From Nitrosopumilaceae archaeon (GTDB lineage: Archaea > Thermoproteota > Nitrososphaeria > Nitrososphaerales > Nitrosopumilaceae): 13,183 nucleotides of DNA. The translations under genes were made by a program, and so were the position numbers. Location: positions 1-13,183 of the forward strand of contig JBQTHX010000024.1 of assembly GCA_052389415.1 (NCBI GenBank). Direction: 5' to 3'. The notes under the pieces are model-generated. The model was not told the DNA's origin and made no database searches. It saw nothing but the letters and a program-made list of their open reading frames with translations. Every line of letters begins with the position of its first letter. Within the stretch, counting starts at the first letter, position 1. This document shows, piece by piece, positions 8,260-13,183 of the stretch.

Positions 8260-8744
8260 CCGCCAGTAAGCTTGGCAAACCTCTCGTTCTTGCTTAATTT
8301 TTCCATAAAGTGCAGGTTTGATAGAGCCACTACTGCAGATTCCCTTACGGGTTCACTAGAGTCTGATAACGCACCTTGTAAGGTTGCCTTTGCGTCCTGG
8401 CTTCCTATTACTCCAAGTGCTATTGCAGCTTCATGTCTTACAAAAAAGCTAGGGTCATTTTTTACCGCATTCTCTAGTGGTCTTACTCCACTTCGATAGC
8501 ACATCTGTCCAAGTGAAAAGGCAGCTTCATGTCTTACAAGCTCGTTTGGATCATCCTTTAGAACTTTGGAAACATATGGTACCATCTCCTCTCCACCAAA
8601 ATCTACAAGAATGCATACTGCTCTTGTTCTAATGACATAGTCATTGTGATCTAAGAGTTTGACAAAGTATTCTTTGTCTTTATTTTCGTATCTTTCTTCC
8701 ATCTCTGACAACAATTCTATCCGTGAGCTGGGAATGGTTTCCAT
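8256..8744 (-). CDS. HEAT-repeat (PBS lyase/DOHH-like) protein with two His-Glu motifs
   Basis: Repeats D..YVIRTRA, DPNELVRHEAAFSLGQM, DPSFFVRHEAAIALGVIG, DSSEPVRESAVVAL. ATG 8744 preferred over GTG 8750. Confidence 0.85.
   Translation of the reverse strand: METIPSSRIELLSEMEERYENKDKEYFVKLLDHNDYVIRTRAVCILVDFGGEEMVPYVSKVLKDDPNELVRHEAAFSLGQMCYRSGVRPLENAVKNDPSFFVRHEAAIALGVIGSQDAKATLQGALSDSSEPVRESAVVALSNLHFMEKLSKNERFAKLTGG
8425..8539. repeat. 19-bp exact direct repeat inside the HEAT gene
   Basis: GCAGCTTCATGTCTTACAA at 8425-8443 and 8521-8539, 96 nt (32 codons) apart. Both copies encode VRHEAA. Confidence 0.9.
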
Positions 8745-8784
8745 GCACACAATTTTATAAGCGAATATTTATTCATTGATAAAC
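8745..8784. promoter_or_regulatory. Compact overlapping divergent promoters
   Basis: TTTTATAA at 8753-8760 lies about 25 nt before ATG 8785. AATAAATA on the minus strand (about 8766-8773) lies about 22-29 nt before ATG 8744. Confidence 0.55.
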
Positions 8785-9243
8785 ATGACACGATGTAGAT
8801 ACTGGCATCTCTCAATAGATGAGCTCAAAAAGGTAACATATGATCCAAAAAAAGTACTGGTCTGGGAAATAAAATGTGCAAAAGACGACAGCGGAGCACA
8901 CTTTGGAGTATTCATTTACAGGAATGGCACGCCTTGGGATTACAAAGAGATCAAGGGAATTGTTTTTTATTATAACATGATTCCACGCGATGAAGTTCAA
9001 AAAATTTCAGAATTTCTAAAAAGCAAGTTTGGAGGAGATCCAAAAGAAAAAGGAGAACGCATCTTCTTGGTGGATTCTCGCGAATTTTATTCTCCAAATG
9101 ATATCGCAAGCCTTGCTACCGAAATTGGAAACAAGTTCGAGACAAGTGTTGAGATCTCTGTTGAGCTTGAAAACTTTACACCGCAAGAACAGGAACAAAG
9201 TAATTTTCCCTCAAGCAAACTTTTGCCAATTCCAGGCAAGTAG
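8785..9243 (+). CDS. Hypothetical protein (soluble, alpha/beta)
   Basis: Open frame of about 152 aa with normal composition that fills the intergenic space. ATG 8785 fits TATA spacing (ORF track uses TTG 8776). No recognised motif. Confidence 0.8.
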   Translation: MTRCRYWHLSIDELKKVTYDPKKVLVWEIKCAKDDSGAHFGVFIYRNGTPWDYKEIKGIVFYYNMIPRDEVQKISEFLKSKFGGDPKEKGERIFLVDSREFYSPNDIASLATEIGNKFETSVEISVELENFTPQEQEQSNFPSSKLLPIPGK

Positions 9244-9277
9244 ATAAATATAGATTCAGACAATTTTTAGATCTCCG

Positions 9278-10075
9278 ATGGATGAACTAAAACAGATTGG
9301 CACACATCTTGAGGAATTAAGAAAGCGACTTCTTAGAATGGTTCTAGCAGTTGGTCTGATCTGTCTGTTTGTACTTTCATTTCATCTTACTCCATTTGAT
9401 TACAACGGCATTACACTTTACTATCCAACTCTGGATCCCCTTGACAACATTGCAGCTCAGCTGACCGTTGCAATGAAGGATCAGTTGGTGCCAGACTCTG
9501 TTCAGCTAATTCAGACCGCTCCAGGACAGGCCTTTTTTGCACAATTTTATGTTGCTGGATTACTAGGACTTGTCTTTGGGATGCCAGTCATAGTAAGAGA
9601 GTTTTTTGCTTTTATCTCACCTGCTTTGGATAAAAGGGAAACTAGAATAATTAGAAACATAACAATTCCTGCCGTCGCTCTTTTTGTTATAGGATGTCTC
9701 TTTTCATACTATTTTGTAACACCGCAAATTTTGGAATTTCTTTATACATATGGTGAGGCAAGCGGTCTTGTCACTTTTCTTAATATAGTTGATTTTATCA
9801 CTTTTGTACTCCAGTTTCTGTTGGCATTTGGAATATCATTTCAGCTTCCCATGGTGATGTATGCGGTATCTGCAAGCGGTATGGTTGAGCCAAAATTCTG
9901 GAGAAGAAACATTCGCTATGCAATTGTAATAATTATTATCTTTGGAGCCATCATTACTCCAGACGGAAGTGGAGTAACAATGTGGTTTGTGTCATTACCA
10001 ATGATGGCATTGTATCTTTTAGGAATGGTCTTTGTAGAACGCCAAGGCAAACAGACTGCAACACTTAAATCTTAA
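9278..10075 (+). CDS. tatC: Twin-arginine translocase subunit TatC
   Basis: HLEELRKRL N-terminal motif, FISPAL...E, FGISFQLP, IITPD and about six hydrophobic helices. Followed by tatA. Confidence 0.95.
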   Translation: MDELKQIGTHLEELRKRLLRMVLAVGLICLFVLSFHLTPFDYNGITLYYPTLDPLDNIAAQLTVAMKDQLVPDSVQLIQTAPGQAFFAQFYVAGLLGLVFGMPVIVREFFAFISPALDKRETRIIRNITIPAVALFVIGCLFSYYFVTPQILEFLYTYGEASGLVTFLNIVDFITFVLQFLLAFGISFQLPMVMYAVSASGMVEPKFWRRNIRYAIVIIIIFGAIITPDGSGVTMWFVSLPMMALYLLGMVFVERQGKQTATLKS

Positions 10076-10092
10076 TCTGACAAAAATAGTGT

Positions 10093-10278
10093 ATGGCCGG
10101 AATAGGAATCCAAGAAATAATTATAATTGTTGTAGTTATTGGAATTATTATTTTCGGCGCAAAAAAGATTCCAGAGCTTGCGCGAACTTTTGGCAAGGCC
10201 AAAGGCGAATTTGAAAAAGCAAAGATAGAAGCAGACAAGGAACTAAAAGAGTTCAAAGAAAAACAAGACCCAAAATAA
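10093..10278 (+). CDS. tatA: Twin-arginine translocase subunit TatA/E
   Basis: G..E.III TM helix, FG.KKIPELAR..G....EF.KA amphipathic helix and charged tail. Confidence 0.95.
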   Translation: MAGIGIQEIIIIVVVIGIIIFGAKKIPELARTFGKAKGEFEKAKIEADKELKEFKEKQDPK

Positions 10279-10286
10279 AACAACGC

Positions 10287-10293
10287 TTTTTTA
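10287..10293 (+). terminator. T-tract after tatA; may double as the TATA element for the purP-like gene
   Basis: TTTTTTA begins 9 nt after the tatA stop and lies about 23-29 nt before GTG 10316. Confidence 0.3.
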
Positions 10294-10315
10294 CCCAAGA
10301 CTAACTCTTTAGCTT

Positions 10316-11407
10316 GTGATTAGAAGATCAGATATCCAAGAAATCGTAAATGGCTATTCTGATCTTACTGTCGGTGCGCTGGGGAGTCATTCTGCCCTTG
10401 AAATAATGGATGGCGCAAAAGACGAAGACCTCAGAACTGTTGTAGTGTGCCAACGTGGAAGAGAGACTCCATACAAGCGATTCTCTAGACTCTCTGATGA
10501 AATTATGATTGTTAACAAGTTTAAGGACATGCTATCTGCAAAAATTCAGAACAGACTGCGACTGTCAAACACAATTGTTGTACCACATCGTGCCCTTACA
10601 GCTTATCTTGGTTACAAAGGAATAGAAGACAGCTTCAAGGTCCCAATATTTGGCAACAGGGCACTTTTTCAGGCGGAGGAACGCTCTCACAAGAAAAATC
10701 AGTACTATCTTTTAGAAAAGGCAAGAATAAAGCATCCAAAATTATTCAAGTCACCAAAAGAGATTGACAGGCCAGCCATTGTAAAGGTGCAGGAAAAGTC
10801 TCGCAAGCTTGAAAGGGCATTTTTCAATGTCTCCTCTTATTCTGAATATAAAGAAAAGACAGAGACCAAGATAAAACACGGTCTGATATCAAAAGAGGAT
10901 CTCAAGATTGCAAGCATTGAAGAGCTTGTTATAGGAACATACTTTAATTTCAATTATTTTTCCACTCCAATTTCAGATGAAGTGGATTTTCTTGGAATAG
11001 AAAGACGTCTGCAGACCAACCTGCATGATTTTAACGCTCTTCCTGCAAGGCAACAGCTAGAGATAGATGTATCATTACAAAACATCGAGGTTGGCCACAC
11101 GCCTGCAAGTATACGTGAATCTTTGCTGGACAAGGTCCTATCAGCTGGAGACAAGTTTGTTCGCGCTGTGAAAAAAGAATACTCGCCTGGAATTATAGGA
11201 CCATTTTCTTTGCAGAGCGTGATAACAAGAGATCTAGAGATCATTGTTTATGATGTGTCATTGCGAGTTCCAGGAAATCCAATTCTTGCAACTACCAGTC
11301 CGTATACAAAATACAAATATGGAAGTACGTTTGGTGTTGGAAGAAGAATTGCAATGGAACTAAAAAAAGCTCAGCAGGAAGGAAGACTGGCAGATATAGT
11401 AACCTAG
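10316..11407 (+). CDS. purP: PurP-family ATP-grasp ligase (FAICAR synthetase-like, DUF1246/DUF1297)
   Basis: LGSHSAL.I..GAKDE, PIFGNR, IVK, EE...G..FNFNYF, LGIERRLQ, GH.PASIRESLL, GIIGPFSLQ, YDVS.RVPG, GRRIAMELK. GTG start. Confidence 0.88.
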   Translation: MIRRSDIQEIVNGYSDLTVGALGSHSALEIMDGAKDEDLRTVVVCQRGRETPYKRFSRLSDEIMIVNKFKDMLSAKIQNRLRLSNTIVVPHRALTAYLGYKGIEDSFKVPIFGNRALFQAEERSHKKNQYYLLEKARIKHPKLFKSPKEIDRPAIVKVQEKSRKLERAFFNVSSYSEYKEKTETKIKHGLISKEDLKIASIEELVIGTYFNFNYFSTPISDEVDFLGIERRLQTNLHDFNALPARQQLEIDVSLQNIEVGHTPASIRESLLDKVLSAGDKFVRAVKKEYSPGIIGPFSLQSVITRDLEIIVYDVSLRVPGNPILATTSPYTKYKYGSTFGVGRRIAMELKKAQQEGRLADIVT

Positions 11408-11829
11408 GCTTCCATCTTTTCTTTAAGCAAACTCTTTCTTACAAGAATTGGAACGTTGTAAAATGATGCCAATGCAACCGCATCAGATGCTCGATAATTT
11501 CGCATGACAAGCTCGTTCTTTCCTGTAAAGTACAGGTTTGCACGTAATACACTGCCACTCTCATACACCTTTATCTTTACCATGAACAGCTCGTTTAGCT
11601 CTGCAATCTCTTCTATCATGTTGTAAATCGTTGGAATCGAGTCCCTGTGGCCATCCTTGAAATTTGTAATATGCCTTGCAACCTCGCCAGAAAAGGCTCT
11701 CATATGGAACTCTTTTCCATCATCTGCTTTTAAGATCAGGAGACCCTCTACCCCGTAAGGATCAACAAAGCCTACATAAGATATCTTGGCGTCTTCATAA
11801 TCTGAATCTTGAATTTCATTTATCTTCAA
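11404..11829 (-). CDS. DUF151 / bifunctional nuclease (BFN)-family protein, divergent
   Basis: C-terminal R.SDAVALA....PI.V...L hallmark and N-terminal LILK...G..F.M....E.A pattern. TTG start, with TTTATC on the minus strand about 28 nt upstream. Confidence 0.75.
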   Translation of the reverse strand: MKINEIQDSDYEDAKISYVGFVDPYGVEGLLILKADDGKEFHMRAFSGEVARHITNFKDGHRDSIPTIYNMIEEIAELNELFMVKIKVYESGSVLRANLYFTGKNELVMRNYRASDAVALASFYNVPILVRKSLLKEKMEA

Positions 11830-11915
11830 GTTTGAATATACGAATCATCCATTGCAGATAAAGTCTTTGGCAAATACAGATACAATTTAATGTCACAAAA
11901 ATTTAGTTACCGATA

Positions 11916-12743
11916 ATGGAAACGCAGGTGACAATGCATCAATCCTACAAAGCTATGATTGTTGTAGGATTCCTATCAATCGGAGTCTCCTTTCTTTTCT
12001 ATGCAAAATATGATTATGCTGCAGTAACACAGGAAATGATTCCATTTTTGGAAAGAATTGCAATAGCAATGTATGTTGTACTTTTCATGTCATTTGGAGC
12101 AATAGCATATGGTTTGTATAAATTCTATAAAGTAAAAATTTCACAGGATGGAAATTCAATTTCCTCAATAATTGCAAACTCAATTAATAATAAGAGATCA
12201 AAAAAAGTCTTTATTGCCAGTGCTATTGGTTATGGAATATTTTTTTCATTAACGTCTGGGATACTGGTATATCAACCAGAGGTAATTTTTTCGCAGCACT
12301 ATGGAGCTACAGTTCCATCGATTCACATAACTCCTTGCTGCGGACCTGTAGGTTACATGCCATCAATTGTGGGATATTTTACAGAACATGTAGGCTTTAA
12401 GATAGTTCCAATCAATTTGGTACTACAAGTCACGGTATCATTTTTGGTAGGTCTTAACTTTGCAATTGCTTCAGGTGTATTTTCAATGTACAAGAAATCT
12501 GGTGGATTGGGTGGATTTGGTGCAGTTACTGGCCTCTTCATAGCTTGTCCTACATGTGCAGGAACCATACTTTCCACTCTTGTAGGGGCTGGCGCAGTTG
12601 GTGTCTTTGCAGTTGCTCTCTCACAACTTCAAACCTTGTTTATTGTGGCATCGATTCCAGTCTTATTTGTCACTCCTGTTATAATGGCAAGAAAGATAAG
12701 AAAAATTAATCTTGGAAGCTGCGATTTAGACTTTAAACCGTGA
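11916..12743 (+). CDS. Polytopic membrane protein with CC and CxxC motifs, function unknown
   Basis: About 6-7 hydrophobic segments, TPCCG (12336-12341) and ACPTCAG (12546-12557). AATTTAAT at 11884-11891 upstream. Alternative start at ATG 11934. Confidence 0.85.
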   Translation: METQVTMHQSYKAMIVVGFLSIGVSFLFYAKYDYAAVTQEMIPFLERIAIAMYVVLFMSFGAIAYGLYKFYKVKISQDGNSISSIIANSINNKRSKKVFIASAIGYGIFFSLTSGILVYQPEVIFSQHYGATVPSIHITPCCGPVGYMPSIVGYFTEHVGFKIVPINLVLQVTVSFLVGLNFAIASGVFSMYKKSGGLGGFGAVTGLFIACPTCAGTILSTLVGAGAVGVFAVALSQLQTLFIVASIPVLFVTPVIMARKIRKINLGSCDLDFKP

Positions 12744-12990
12744 TTGACTTTTTCACTTCAGGGGTCTTCCAGTCTCCAATGTTGTATCCATCACGTCTAA
12801 GAAATTTCAATGTAAGTTTGTATACAAGTTCATCATGGTCAACTGTTTCTAGAATCTCTTTCCAGGATACCTTTCCGTCTTGCTCTATCTTTTTTGAAAT
12901 CTGTACTGTGATTCCCTCGGCAATCTCTTTGCATTGATCAAAAGTCTTGCCGTTCTTGTATGCTCGAGTTCTTGTATCACAACTGTCCAT
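12733..12990 (-). CDS. Small hypothetical protein (85 aa)
   Basis: ATG start, charged globular composition, TTTTTATGTA on the minus strand (13010-13019) about 20-29 nt upstream. Confidence 0.78.
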   Translation of the reverse strand: MDSCDTRTRAYKNGKTFDQCKEIAEGITVQISKKIEQDGKVSWKEILETVDHDELVYKLTLKFLRRDGYNIGDWKTPEVKKSITV

Positions 12991-13035
12991 GTTAAAAATT
13001 AAATCTAGTTACATAAAAAGTTCGTTAAATTAGAA

Positions 13036-13103
13036 CCGGAAACGTAAGAAACGCTGCATACCAATGTACGTCACGCTTTAGGGTTATTACCCCACGTTTC
13101 CGG
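13036..13103 (-). ncRNA. Putative structured small RNA (three-way junction)
   Basis: Perfect 10-bp closing stem CCGGAAACGT/ACGTTTCCGG enclosing two hairpins. G-U pairs favour the minus strand. GC-rich island in an AT-rich spacer. TTAAATAA on the minus strand at 13126-13133. Confidence 0.5.
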
Positions 13104-13183
13104 CAAGATACATTATGTGATTTTATTATTTAACAAGGTAAGGTGATTTTCAATCTTGATAATTAGAGATGTTTATCTTTTCG

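Noticed and set aside
148-12937. Other short alternative-frame or antisense ORFs (e.g. 148-336, 1381-1698, 1586-1906, 4903-5244, 10065-10298, 10954-11244, 12740-12937)
   Set aside because: All largely overlap well-supported genes and show no motifs.
13036-13103. tRNA, hammerhead ribozyme, TPP or fluoride riboswitch, or CRISPR repeat identity for the structured element
   Set aside because: Only two inner arms and no TTCGA T-loop; no CUGANGA core; no CUGAGA or other riboswitch consensus; single copy in the window.
13104-13183. Possible gene start at the window end
   Set aside because: AT-rich with no supportable ORF visible; treated as promoter or intergenic sequence.

Overview
Gene-dense, AT-rich archaeal chromosomal window. 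Gene content and style (nurA-herA-mre11-rad50, a PurP-family gene, leaderless TATA promoters) suggest an ammonia-oxidising Nitrososphaerota/Thaumarchaeota member; this is inferred, not searched. In order, it holds the 5' end of an aspartate dehydrogenase-like gene, a convergent proline dehydrogenase / P5C dehydrogenase pair, a complete DNA end-resection operon, a small HEAT-repeat protein, a hypothetical gene, tatC-tatA, a PurP-like ATP-grasp ligase, a divergent DUF151 protein, a Cys-motif membrane protein and a small hypothetical protein. Two observations stand out. (1) The HEAT protein looks like one half of eukaryotic deoxyhypusine hydroxylase (two His-Glu motifs), so it is a candidate homodimeric archaeal DOHH. 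(2) An unannotated ~70-nt three-way-junction RNA on the minus strand at 13036-13103 has its own TATA-like box. No mobile elements, CRISPR arrays, tRNA or rRNA genes were seen.
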